DNA from: an uncultured delta proteobacterium | GTDB lineage: Bacteria > Myxococcota_A > Polyangia > Polyangiales > Houyiibacteriaceae | Direction of reading: 5' to 3' | Length of the DNA: 64,000 nt | NCBI GenBank assembly: GCA_963699755.1 | Contig: CAVOVB010000001.1 | Span: forward strand, 1,408,001 to 1,472,000 | Shown: one piece after another, positions 19,499 to 28,492 of the stretch | Numbering within the stretch: position 1 is the stretch's first letter | How the letters are laid out: each line of letters opens with the position of its first letter | Translations under genes and position numbers: made by a program | The notes under the pieces: model-generated | What the model was told of the DNA's origin: nothing | Databases searched by the model: none | What the model saw: only the letters and a program-made list of their open reading frames with translations

Positions 19499-21114
19499 AA
19501 GGGATTCGCGGCGCCGGGCGTACCCAAGTCACCCTCTCCGTAGGCCTCCGTGGCATCACAGCGATTACCCAGCTCGTCGATCTGAGTTGCCACACCAGCG
19601 CTGGAGCGCTCGTAGCTCACCGAGTCGAGGACTTGCTCACCGACATGCAAGCGGATCGTCTCATCGCCGTTGTTCAGAGCCAGAGACAGCTCGGCATCTA
19701 CAGCAGGTAGCCCCCCATTTTCCAGGGGATTGGCGTTTCGCGCAAAGACGACGTGAGCCCCTGCCGCGACTTCCAGACAATCCTCGCGCTCGAGTGCGGC
19801 CGTGCTGGAGCTGCGATCGGAGAGCACGAGCCCGTTGAGGTCGACGGCGCTGTCGAAGCGAACCTCGACCCACTCGCCGTCGCGGTTCCCGACCTCGCGC
19901 GGGTTTGCCATCCACTCGCTGATCGAAGCCTCGCCCGGAACCGGACTGAGGATCGCCCGAGGCTCTCCCTCGTCGAGGCACATGCCTGGACCGAGGAGGA
20001 TCGGACAACTAGGGTTGGCGTCGCCGGGGGTCCCGAAGTTGCCGTTGATGTACTCGTCGTGCGGCAAGGCGAGGCAGACCTCGTCATTCGGGTCGAGCTG
20101 CCAGGCCACGCCTTCGACCGTGCTCTCATAGCTCACCTGGTCGAGGACGATGTCGCCCGCAGCTGCCACGATGCTCCGCGAACCGGAGTTGCCCAGGCTG
20201 AATCCTAGCTCCGCGTCGACGCGGGGAGCCGCCGTCGGACTCGCTCCGAAGACGACCCGTGCGCCCGCGCCGACCGGAAAACAGGTTTCCTCTTCGAAGA
20301 CCGTGAGCAAGGCATCGGGCGCCGGCCCGAGTTGAAAGCCGTTTAGGTCAGCTTCGGCACGGAAGAGAACCTCGACCCACTCGAAATCCGCATCTGCACC
20401 CTGGGGATCGGCCATCCATTCGCGGAGCTGCACCTCGCCTGGCTCTGGGAGTTGGATTGCCCGGCGGGTTCCGGATTCGAGGCATCCACCCGGCGGCTCC
20501 TCTACCACACAAGGGCTGTTCGGCGCGCCAGGGGTCCCGAAATTGCCTGGAAAAACCTCGTCGACCCCCTCCGGGGTCGTGCACCAGTGCTTCGCCTCGT
20601 CGTTGAGCTCGTGGTCCGGAGCGAACCTCCCGTCGAGCTCGAGCGCACGGCCGTCTGTGGTCCGAGCGTAGCCCACCTGATCGATGAGCACCTGGCCGCA
20701 GAGAAGGGCAACCCTTGCATCCGAGTTTCGAAGGCTGCCGAGCGTGCTTCCGTAACTGTAGTCGACGTGCGGCGGCATCGAGTCTGGCGCTGCATTTCCA
20801 ACGACCAAGTAGTCGCCGGCCGCGATCGAGAGGTCGAAGAAACGATGGGTGGTGGCGCCGGTCCCAGCCGAGCGGCTCGAGCTCAGTGTGAGACCGTCGA
20901 GCGAAAGCGGGACCTCGCTTGCGTTGAAGAGCTCGATGTACTCACCATCGCCGTCGCTCCCGTCGGGGTTGGCATGCAGCTCTGTGATGACGACGTCACC
21001 AGGCGCTAGGTCATCATCACAGGCGCCCGTGGCAGCGAGCTCCTCCCGCATGCAACTTCCGAGCACCAAGAGCAGGCAAACGAGCCCGCGCGCGCAATTC
21101 CAATCACCCGCCAT
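19489..21114 (-). CDS. Lipoprotein with three lamin-tail domains
   Basis: Lipobox LGSC; three repeats such as 'GDVVITELHANP...EYIELFN' ending GTPGAPN / GTPGDAN / GTPGAAN; GGGAGG RBS. Confidence 0.85.
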   Translation of the reverse strand: MAGDWNCARGLVCLLLVLGSCMREELAATGACDDDLAPGDVVITELHANPDGSDGDGEYIELFNASEVPLSLDGLTLSSSRSAGTGATTHRFFDLSIAAGDYLVVGNAAPDSMPPHVDYSYGSTLGSLRNSDARVALLCGQVLIDQVGYARTTDGRALELDGRFAPDHELNDEAKHWCTTPEGVDEVFPGNFGTPGAPNSPCVVEEPPGGCLESGTRRAIQLPEPGEVQLREWMADPQGADADFEWVEVLFRAEADLNGFQLGPAPDALLTVFEEETCFPVGAGARVVFGASPTAAPRVDAELGFSLGNSGSRSIVAAAGDIVLDQVSYESTVEGVAWQLDPNDEVCLALPHDEYINGNFGTPGDANPSCPILLGPGMCLDEGEPRAILSPVPGEASISEWMANPREVGNRDGEWVEVRFDSAVDLNGLVLSDRSSSTAALEREDCLEVAAGAHVVFARNANPLENGGLPAVDAELSLALNNGDETIRLHVGEQVLDSVSYERSSAGVATQIDELGNRCDATEAYGEGDLGTPGAANPLCS

Positions 21115-21180
21115 ATCGACCTCCCACCGTTGTGGTTTCGGGCGTTATCGGACGGCGGTTTGGTCGGTTTCGTCCGAGGC

Positions 21181-22293
21181 TCAGGGCAGGGAGGGAAGCG
21201 CAACCTGATCAGGCTCGGTGACGACGATTTGAAGCGTCCGGTAGTTGCCCTTCTCGTAGCGCTCCACCGTCCCTCGAACGGTCACAGGCTCTCGTCTGAA
21301 GCGTTCGATCCCGCTTTCGCGAAACACGTCGCGATCGAAGAAGATGACGGGAAAGCTCTTGTTGGGCGCGGTCTCCAAAGAGACGCGAACCAGGCCGCCG
21401 AAGTGCTGGATTCGGTCCACGGTGGAAAAGACCGTGACCTTCTTTCCTAGATTCTGTTCGAGTCGGTCCTGCACATCCCATTGCGTCAACAGGATGAAAT
21501 CTTCTCGGCGATTTGCTTCGTGCTCAAACGCACGAATGAAATCGGCGCGCGCGTCCCACCAGGCTTTGCGTTCGTCGTAGTCGCCATAGCCCTGGGCACT
21601 CGGATTCCAGATTCCGCGTTGCGCCTCTCGAGCGTCGGCTTCCGCGTGCGCGAGTTGATTGTGAAATCGGCGCGAGTATCCGTATTTCGTGAAGTACGGG
21701 CTCATCCCGGCGCGCACGCACTCGACGTTGTAGCTCGTCCAGCGACCGTTCTTCTTCACGAACGCGTACGCGAGGAGGCGTCCGTAGTTTCCCCGGATCT
21801 CCTTCGGGTCATCGCGTTCCAGGCGAACTTCGTCCGCACCTTTGAAAAAATTCTCCGCAAACTTAGAGGCCTCTTCCCCCATCGGCGTTCCAGCCTTCAC
21901 GGGCCGCGCCGCGTCGCCACGCTTTGTTCTCAGGTATTGTTTGAAATCTTTGGAGGCCGCTGCCCGGTCGGTCTTGCTGTGAAATCTCTCCTCGGTGTCG
22001 AGCGAAAGCAATCGAACGGAACCGTCGATCCCTTCGACCCGGATGGTGTCCCCGTCGATGACTGGATCGTCTGCCAGCCGGTACTCTCCGATCAGCAGAC
22101 CCTCTTGGTCCGATCCGCTTCGATCCCTTTCGCGTGGTCGCTCGGCAGCTCCGCTATGCGCCTCCGTGGCGTCGACCTGCTGCACTGGCGTCTCGACCGT
22201 AGCACCTCGGTCGCAACCCACGCTCCCGACGGAGATACACGCACTCGACAGCCAGATGCTCACCCACCTTCGCATCAGCCGTAACCTATTCAA
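21181..22293 (-). CDS. Thermonuclease (SNase-like) lipoprotein with C-terminal OB-fold
   Basis: 'VIDGDTIRV', 'VRLLSLDTEE', 'YGRLLAY', 'AEADAREAQRGIW'; C-terminal 'VTVRGTVERY...LQIVV'; start could be 22275. Confidence 0.88.
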   Translation of the reverse strand: MNRLRLMRRWVSIWLSSACISVGSVGCDRGATVETPVQQVDATEAHSGAAERPRERDRSGSDQEGLLIGEYRLADDPVIDGDTIRVEGIDGSVRLLSLDTEERFHSKTDRAAASKDFKQYLRTKRGDAARPVKAGTPMGEEASKFAENFFKGADEVRLERDDPKEIRGNYGRLLAYAFVKKNGRWTSYNVECVRAGMSPYFTKYGYSRRFHNQLAHAEADAREAQRGIWNPSAQGYGDYDERKAWWDARADFIRAFEHEANRREDFILLTQWDVQDRLEQNLGKKVTVFSTVDRIQHFGGLVRVSLETAPNKSFPVIFFDRDVFRESGIERFRREPVTVRGTVERYEKGNYRTLQIVVTEPDQVALPSLP

Positions 22294-22363
22294 TTTGGCC
22301 GCTGCCCGCTAGCGCCTAGAGAGGTCGGTCATCACGACCAGCGCGAATCTGGAGCTGAGGCAG

Positions 22364-23845
22364 CTATTTGTCCTCCGGCGACTCTACCCTGGCCAATCGA
22401 CGCGCTAGCCCCTTCTTGAAATCGAGCTCCATCTGTCGGCCGATCTGAATTCGCTGGGCTTGCGGTGAGCCCGCGCCGTGCAGTGACTCAGTGAGGTAGC
22501 CGACCGCGTTGCGGCCCATGGTCATGTTTTCGATCAAGCGCAGGATGCGGATGCGGGCTTCGGTTGGGACATCGGCTCGGCCTTTGAGGTACTTGTCGAG
22601 AAGCGCGCCGATCTCCGGGTGCTTCAGCTCTTTCTCCGATGGCGCGGTGCTGACCAGGCCACCTGCCAAGTCCTGCGCCAGCCTTCCGATTTCGAAAGGC
22701 ATCCTGGTGACGTGGTGCTTGCAGACGTTGGCGAGCATGTCGTCGTTCAAGTAGCAGCCTGACTTGGTGGGCCGTCCCTGGTATGACGACGCAATGCCCG
22801 CCGCGTACATCGTCTCGTTGAGATGAGTCATCTGCACGAGCTTGTCTTTGATGTGCGAGGCCTTGTCTATGCCGTTGTATTCCGCGATTTGCGCGGCTGC
22901 ACCAATCAGGACGTCGCCGACCCCCGTTTTGCAGACATAGCTGCGGCGGTGGTAGCAGGTGAATCGTTCGACCAGCATGGACGCAAACTCGTACTCGCCG
23001 CTCATGAAGACATGATCCCAGGGGACGAAGACCTCGTCGAGCACGACCATGGCCTCTTGGCCAGAGAAGTCCGCGTTGCCGACGTCGATTGAGCCCGCTT
23101 CCATGCTGCGGGTGTCGCAGGATTGTCGTCCGTAGATGTAGGTGATGCCAGGTGCATCCACGGGGAAGGCGGCCACCACTGCGTAATCTTTGTCGGCGAT
23201 CCCTAGGCGCATGGTCGGCATGGCGATGATCCAATGCGAGTTGATACAACCGGTCTGGTGGGCCTTGGCGCCCTTGAGCCAAAGGCCTTCGTCGTTGCGC
23301 TTGGTAATGTGTACGAAGAGATCGGGATCAATCTGTTGGTGCGGGGCTTTGCTCCGGTCTCCCTTGACGTCGGTCATCGCGCCGCCGACGACGTAGTTTC
23401 GCTCCTGCATCGTCGTCAAGAATGCCTTGAGGCGCTCGTGGTATGGCGTGCCGTGCTTCTCGTCGATTTCGTAGGTGACAGAATAGAGAGAATTGAAAGC
23501 GTCCATGCCGACGCAGCGCTGAAAGCATGTGCCGGTGTTCTGGCCGAGCTTGCGCTGCATGACGTTTTGGGCGACCAAATCTTCGGCACTTCGTGCAACG
23601 TGAAGGAATCGGTTGACGCGTTTGCCCGTCAGGGACGAGTCTGTTGTAGCGATCGCGGGCTCACGAAGTGCAAGCTCGTAGGTTTCGGCTACTGCGTTGA
23701 TCGAGGGCCGGATCATCGGATGATCGACCGGCTCGTCGACTAGCTCTCCGAAGAGAAAGACCCTCAGATTCCGGCCGCGAAGGCTGTCGATGTACTCGTC
23801 GCCCGTTTCGATTCGTTTCGGGTTCTCGCGGTCGCCGTCAGGCAT
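22364..23845 (-). CDS. abfD: 4-hydroxybutyryl-CoA dehydratase / vinylacetyl-CoA isomerase family
   Basis: Fe-S ligand motifs 'TGTCFQRC' and 'YHRRSYVCK'; 'AMTDVKGDRS', 'GAKAHQTG', 'ESLHGAGSPQAQ'; GGAGG RBS. Confidence 0.88.
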   Translation of the reverse strand: MPDGDRENPKRIETGDEYIDSLRGRNLRVFLFGELVDEPVDHPMIRPSINAVAETYELALREPAIATTDSSLTGKRVNRFLHVARSAEDLVAQNVMQRKLGQNTGTCFQRCVGMDAFNSLYSVTYEIDEKHGTPYHERLKAFLTTMQERNYVVGGAMTDVKGDRSKAPHQQIDPDLFVHITKRNDEGLWLKGAKAHQTGCINSHWIIAMPTMRLGIADKDYAVVAAFPVDAPGITYIYGRQSCDTRSMEAGSIDVGNADFSGQEAMVVLDEVFVPWDHVFMSGEYEFASMLVERFTCYHRRSYVCKTGVGDVLIGAAAQIAEYNGIDKASHIKDKLVQMTHLNETMYAAGIASSYQGRPTKSGCYLNDDMLANVCKHHVTRMPFEIGRLAQDLAGGLVSTAPSEKELKHPEIGALLDKYLKGRADVPTEARIRILRLIENMTMGRNAVGYLTESLHGAGSPQAQRIQIGRQMELDFKKGLARRLARVESPEDK

Positions 23846-23879
23846 CGTCCCTCCAAGCTGGGCTACTCTACCATGGGGC

Positions 23880-24749
23880 TCAAAGGGGGGCGCCCAGCAG
23901 CTCGGTCGAGGTTTCCTCCACGAAAAACCGGCCTTTGTCGTTCCGGGCGATTCGTCCGAGGGCGACCTCGTGGTCGTGCGTGAAGAAAAGACGTCCGCGC
24001 TGTTCGATCAAACGCGTTAGCAAGTCCCTCTTTTCATCGATCAGCTGCTCCGGATACCGGTCGTAGCCCATGGTGATCGGCAAATGCACCCAGGCACGCC
24101 CTGGGACGAGGTCCGCCACAAACACCACGGGACCATCGTCGCCCGGGATCTCGGTCAGCATGAGTCCGGGAGTATGCCCTTCGGAAAGCCAGAGCTTGTA
24201 GTCCGCGCCGAGGGTTTCGGAACGGGATCCTTTCACGACTTCGAGCCGCCCGCTCTCCTCGAGCAGAAGGGGAAGCTCAGGAATGAACGAAGCCCGGTCT
24301 CGAGCGTGTGGATGCTTGGCGCGCTGCCAGGCCTCCGCGCTGACCACGAATGTAGCCTTGGGAAATAGGAGGCGCATCGGCTCTTCCGGCTCATAGGCGT
24401 TGAGCAAACCCCCGGCGTGGTCGAAATGAAGGTGTGACAGGACGACGCAGTCGATGTCCTCGTGCGCGAACCCAGCTCGTGTCAGATTGTCGAGCAGGAC
24501 GTGGCGCTCCTCTTGGATGCCAAAGCGGTCGCGGAGCTGAGGTGGGAAGAAGGCACCGACCCCGGTCTCGAACAGGATGTGCCGACCGCCGTCTTCGATC
24601 AGCAATGCCCTGCACGCGAGCGGAATGCGATTTCGTTCGTCCGGTTCGACCCATTTGTGCCATAACGCGCGAGGAGCGTTTCCAAACATGGCGCCGCCGT
24701 CGAGGCGCTGTGAATTGCCTAGAATCGACCATGCGTTGCGTTTCCCCAT
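23880..24749 (-). CDS. MBL-fold metallo-hydrolase
   Basis: 'LDGGAMFG..P', '[10 protein letters not shown]', 'GHTPG', 'MGYD', 'FTHD'. Confidence 0.92.
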   Translation of the reverse strand: MGKRNAWSILGNSQRLDGGAMFGNAPRALWHKWVEPDERNRIPLACRALLIEDGGRHILFETGVGAFFPPQLRDRFGIQEERHVLLDNLTRAGFAHEDIDCVVLSHLHFDHAGGLLNAYEPEEPMRLLFPKATFVVSAEAWQRAKHPHARDRASFIPELPLLLEESGRLEVVKGSRSETLGADYKLWLSEGHTPGLMLTEIPGDDGPVVFVADLVPGRAWVHLPITMGYDRYPEQLIDEKRDLLTRLIEQRGRLFFTHDHEVALGRIARNDKGRFFVEETSTELLGAPL

Positions 24750-24785
24750 GGGCGAAGCCTAGCAGGGCAGGATGCGCGTTTGAAG

Positions 24786-25211
24786 TCAGCGCCTGACGAC
24801 GTACACGTTGCACGCTGCGTGTCGGACCACGCGCTCGGCGACGCTGCCGATGAGCCAGCGCTCCATGCCGCCTCGTCCATGAGAGCCCAGCACGATCAGA
24901 TCGACTCCATGGTTCTCTGCGTAATCGCAGATGGCCCTTGCTGGGGCATGGTCTGCAATCACGGCGACCTCGACCGGAACATCGGATAGAAACTGGTCTC
25001 GTAGCGCGGCCAGCTCGGCTGCGCGCGCAGCGTCGTCGGTCTTGGACACGGGCTCGAGCACGGCTTGCGGAGGAATGAAGGCTCGCGGGTCCGAGATGTG
25101 GATCAAAGTGACCTTGCTGCCGTTTGCTCTAGCGTATTCCCCAACCTCATCGAGCGCCCTCGTCGAGTGTTCCGAGAAGTCGATGCATGCGAGGATATGC
25201 TTTGCCGCCAT
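24786..25211 (-). CDS. Universal stress protein (UspA family)
   Basis: 'ILACIDFSEHS', 'DLIVLGSHGRGG...IGSVAERVVRHA.C.V'. Confidence 0.95.
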   Translation of the reverse strand: MAAKHILACIDFSEHSTRALDEVGEYARANGSKVTLIHISDPRAFIPPQAVLEPVSKTDDAARAAELAALRDQFLSDVPVEVAVIADHAPARAICDYAENHGVDLIVLGSHGRGGMERWLIGSVAERVVRHAACNVYVVRR

Positions 25212-25236
25212 GCGCGAAACCTATCATCTTTCCCAA

Positions 25237-25533
25237 ATGGGGGGCATCTGGAGAGCTCGGCTGGCGCTGATGGCGGCTTGTTTCGTCGTTCTTGCCCTGG
25301 GATGCAGCAAAGCGGCCGATACGGAGGGGACCACGGCGGCGGGCCGGAGCAGTGAGGGTGAGCCGCGTAGCTCCCGCCCTTCGAGGTCCGAGATCGCCTG
25401 CCACCTGCACTCCTGCGCGCCCCCGTTTTATTGCAACCGGGGCAAGGGCGTCTGCGAGCGGTTGCCCTGCATCGAGAGCCGGGACTGCCCATACGGTTAC
25501 AAGTGCGATCTTTCGAAGAACGTCTGCCAGTGA
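25237..25533 (+). CDS. Small Cys-rich lipoprotein
   Basis: Lipobox LALGC, low-complexity linker, then 8 Cys in two four-Cys modules; start 25237 or 25270. Confidence 0.7.
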   Translation: MGGIWRARLALMAACFVVLALGCSKAADTEGTTAAGRSSEGEPRSSRPSRSEIACHLHSCAPPFYCNRGKGVCERLPCIESRDCPYGYKCDLSKNVCQ

Positions 25534-25548
25534 AGCCGTTCATCCGGT

Positions 25549-25682
25549 GTAAGCACCGCTCAGATGTCGGTCCAAAGACAAGTAATCACTGGTAACATTG
25601 GAGCTCGCACGCATGGCTGGCGATTGGAGTCAGAAGTTAGCAGCGCTTACTTCCAATTCGCCGCGAAGTAAGCGACGATAAC
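25549..25682. promoter_or_regulatory. Four imperfect palindromes (consensus GTAAGC-N3-GCTTAC); probable TetR operators
   Basis: GTAAGCACCGCTCAG 25549, GTAATCACTGGTAAC 25582, GTTAGCAGCGCTTAC 25636, GTAAGCGACGATAAC 25668; directly upstream of a TetR gene. Confidence 0.7.
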
Positions 25683-25703
25683 ATCTTCTGGTAGGCTCGC
25701 CCG

Positions 25704-26309
25704 ATGAGCGCGGAACAGCAATCCTACCACCACGGAGGTCTGAGAGAGGCCCTCCTCGAGACCGCCTTCGGTCTCGTCGACGCCGGGGGCGCCCAGGCGA
25801 TCAGCATGCGCGCCCTCGCGCGGGCGGCTGGCGTTTCGTCGGCCGCGCCTTTCCGGCATTTCGCCGGCAAGCAGCAGCTTTTGGACGCAATTGCCGAGAG
25901 AGCAGCCGCAGCGCTCCAAAGCAGGCTCGATGACGCGACCGATGACCGCGACGACGCCCTCACTCAGTTTCGGGCGATGACGGTGGCTTACGTTCGTTTT
26001 GCAACCGAGCACCCACGGCTTTTCGAGCTGATTCAGCGGACGCCCTCGCTTTGCGGTGCTTTCATGGGTGGACTCGAGGATGAGCGCAGACTGAAGTTGA
26101 TCGCGCTCATCTGCGAGGGCCAGAATGCCGGACTCATCCCCGATGCGGATCCGGAGCTCATCGCCCTGACGAGCGAGGCCCTCACTCACGGTCTTGCCCG
26201 GATGATGGTGGACCGCCATCCCAGAGTTCGAAACCTGAGCTCTGAAGACGCCCGCAAGCTCGCCCTGGCCGCGACCCAGCTCCTCCAAAGCGGCATCGGG
26301 CTTTCGTAG
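25704..26309 (+). CDS. TetR/AcrR family regulator (WHG-type C-terminus)
   Basis: 'SYHHGGLREALLE', HTH 'SMRALARAAGVSSAAPFRHF', 'AYVRFATEHP.LF', 'THGLA'. Confidence 0.93.
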   Translation: MSAEQQSYHHGGLREALLETAFGLVDAGGAQAISMRALARAAGVSSAAPFRHFAGKQQLLDAIAERAAAALQSRLDDATDDRDDALTQFRAMTVAYVRFATEHPRLFELIQRTPSLCGAFMGGLEDERRLKLIALICEGQNAGLIPDADPELIALTSEALTHGLARMMVDRHPRVRNLSSEDARKLALAATQLLQSGIGLS

Positions 26310-26408
26310 CCGAACGCGACTTCTCCTTACAGCGCGGCTAGAACGCAAGCGTCTCCTTCTGGAGGCGGAATCCGATTCGGAAGAGGAAGGTTCGGGGAGG
26401 GCTCGCGG

Positions 26409-26822
26409 CTATCTGTCTCGCGGGTTGGTTCGATGGAGTGCTGTTCGGCTTCCAGCTGGATTCGAACTGGCGTGTCCGGAGCCGTGCATGGCCGCCGTGA
26501 CCCGGATCCCTCTGTCTGAGTCGAGGATCGACAGGAGCAGGGCTCGTCGGTCTGTGTAGCCCGAGCGCTGATCGTGCGTTTCGTCAGTGCCTGCGTCGGG
26601 CGTGCCATGAATCTCGGCGGACTCGGAATGCCGATGCTCGCTCGGGTCGTGCTGATGCACATCGGCGTGAACCCAATCGCCGTGCTCGGCGCAGCGGCTG
26701 TGCTCGACCAGAGGCAGGGGACCGCCACTTGAACCGTGGAGAACGAGCGCGAGCAAGCCGGAAAGGACGCAACCATCTAGAATCATTGCAGATCCACGGA
26801 TTAATTCCATTGCAGGGGGCAT
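26409..26822 (-). CDS. His-rich hypothetical protein (possibly degenerate)
   Basis: Hydrophobic N-terminus then 'VEHSRCAEHGDWVH...HQH...HRH'; fills an otherwise empty gap; start and 3' end uncertain. Confidence 0.4.
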   Translation of the reverse strand: MPPAMELIRGSAMILDGCVLSGLLALVLHGSSGGPLPLVEHSRCAEHGDWVHADVHQHDPSEHRHSESAEIHGTPDAGTDETHDQRSGYTDRRALLLSILDSDRGIRVTAAMHGSGHASSNPAGSRTALHRTNPRDR

Positions 26823-26962
26823 CGTGAAAGCTCAAGTATGGCCGAAGCCCCGTGGAGATTGGTCTGCCTACGATGTGTGCTGGAGCGGCTCACCCTGCGG
26901 GGCTACACCCTCCTCCTGTCCTGCACGCTACTATCTAATCGGCTTTGAAGGCCCACCCTCTG

Positions 26963-28492
26963 ATGTCGCGAGACGATCCCACCGAAGTAACACGCCAACA
27001 CGTGTTCAAGCAGAAGGGCCTCTCCAACAAGGAGGAGCAGGCGCGCATCGTCGTGCTCGCCGGCAAGCTTGCGGGCGACAAGTATGCCATCGGAAAAGAG
27101 CTGACGCTCGGCCGCGGGGACAAAGCCGACGTCCAGATGGACGACACGCTCGTTTCGCGTGTCCACGTGCGCATCTTCCAGCACGAGAACGGATCCTATT
27201 TGATCGAAGACCTCGACAGTCGCAACGGCACGCAGGTCAACGGGATGTCGGTGAGTCGGCGGGTGCTCACGTACGGCGACAGAATCCAGATCGGCAGCTC
27301 CTTGCTTCTGTTTGCGCATCACGATCCCATGGAAGAACAGGTCGCGCAGCGGCGCAAGCTCGAGGCAATCGGGCGACTCGGAACGGGAGTGGCACACGAC
27401 TTCAATAATCTTCTTGGTGCCGTGAGGTCGAGCATCGATTTCTTGAACGGCCTTCCCGCGGAAACCAAGGTCAGCGACCCGGACGTGCGCGAAGCATTCG
27501 ACGACATCCGTTCGGCTGCGTCGGCCGCGACCGAGATGACCAGCCGCTTGCTTGGTTTCGCCCGCGAAGTCGAGCGAAGTCATACCGAAGTCGACCTCTC
27601 AGAGCTATGCCACCATGTCGTGCAGCTTGCGCGTCACACCTTTCACCGAAGCATTGCGATCGAGGCCCGGATCGATCGAGGCCTCAAGGTCAGTGGCGAT
27701 CGTGGTCAGCTCCATCAGCTCCTCATGAACCTGCTGATCAACGCCCGCGATGCGATGCCCAACGGGGGGAAGCTCAAGCTCACTGCCAAGAAGGCCGATC
27801 CAATCGACCTCGAGAAGGCGCCCCTCAACCCCTTGGTTGCGCATGCGATCATCACCGTGGAGGACACCGGCATCGGAATGGACGATGCAACGCGAGAGCG
27901 CGCGTTCGATCCCTTCTTCACGACGAAGGGCGACCAGGTTGGTGCAGGCCTGGGTCTCGCCGCGGTGTACGAGATTGCGAAATCGCACAACGGCCACATC
28001 ACTCTGCACAGTGTGCCGAACCGGGGCAGCGAGTGTCAGGTTGTCTTCCCACTCACGAGCGAGCGGACCGTAGTGCCCACGGAGCCGAGTCTTCCGGCGA
28101 TCAAGCTACCGCGGACTCAGCTTCTGATCCTGCTGGTCGACGATGAAGACGTAGTCCGGCGAAGCGCGGGTCGTGTGGTCCGCCAGAGCGGCCACCGCGT
28201 GATCTTCGCACGCGGCGGCGACGAGGCGCTGCGGATCTACAATGAGACACAGCCGCGGCCCGACCTGGTCTTGATGGACCTCAACATGCCTGGGATGACG
28301 GGCGATCTGGCTTTCAGGAAGCTGAAGGAAGTCGATCCCGAGGCGCCGGTGGTATTCGTCTCGGGCTACTGGGACCGCGACCTCGAGCGCGAGCTTCGCG
28401 GCATGGGGGCGCTCGGCTTCGTTCAAAAACCCTACGAAGCTGCTACGCTCCGGGACGCCATCGTTCAGGCGATGACCTCCCAGACTTCATGA
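26963..28492 (+). CDS. Hybrid sensor histidine kinase: FHA - HisKA - HATPase - receiver
   Basis: FHA 'LGRG...VSRVH...SRNGT'; H-box AHDFNN; 'NLLINARDAM', 'DTGIGM', 'FFTTK', 'GLGL'; receiver 'VDDE','MDLNMP','KP'; start 26945 or 26963. Confidence 0.92.
   Translation: MSRDDPTEVTRQHVFKQKGLSNKEEQARIVVLAGKLAGDKYAIGKELTLGRGDKADVQMDDTLVSRVHVRIFQHENGSYLIEDLDSRNGTQVNGMSVSRRVLTYGDRIQIGSSLLLFAHHDPMEEQVAQRRKLEAIGRLGTGVAHDFNNLLGAVRSSIDFLNGLPAETKVSDPDVREAFDDIRSAASAATEMTSRLLGFAREVERSHTEVDLSELCHHVVQLARHTFHRSIAIEARIDRGLKVSGDRGQLHQLLMNLLINARDAMPNGGKLKLTAKKADPIDLEKAPLNPLVAHAIITVEDTGIGMDDATRERAFDPFFTTKGDQVGAGLGLAAVYEIAKSHNGHITLHSVPNRGSECQVVFPLTSERTVVPTEPSLPAIKLPRTQLLILLVDDEDVVRRSAGRVVRQSGHRVIFARGGDEALRIYNETQPRPDLVLMDLNMPGMTGDLAFRKLKEVDPEAPVVFVSGYWDRDLERELRGMGALGFVQKPYEAATLRDAIVQAMTSQTS

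Noticed and set aside
3656..23845. Autotrophic carbon fixation pathway inferred from mcl plus abfD
   Set aside because: No carboxylase, malonyl-CoA reductase or propionyl-CoA synthase in the window; both enzymes also serve heterotrophic routes.
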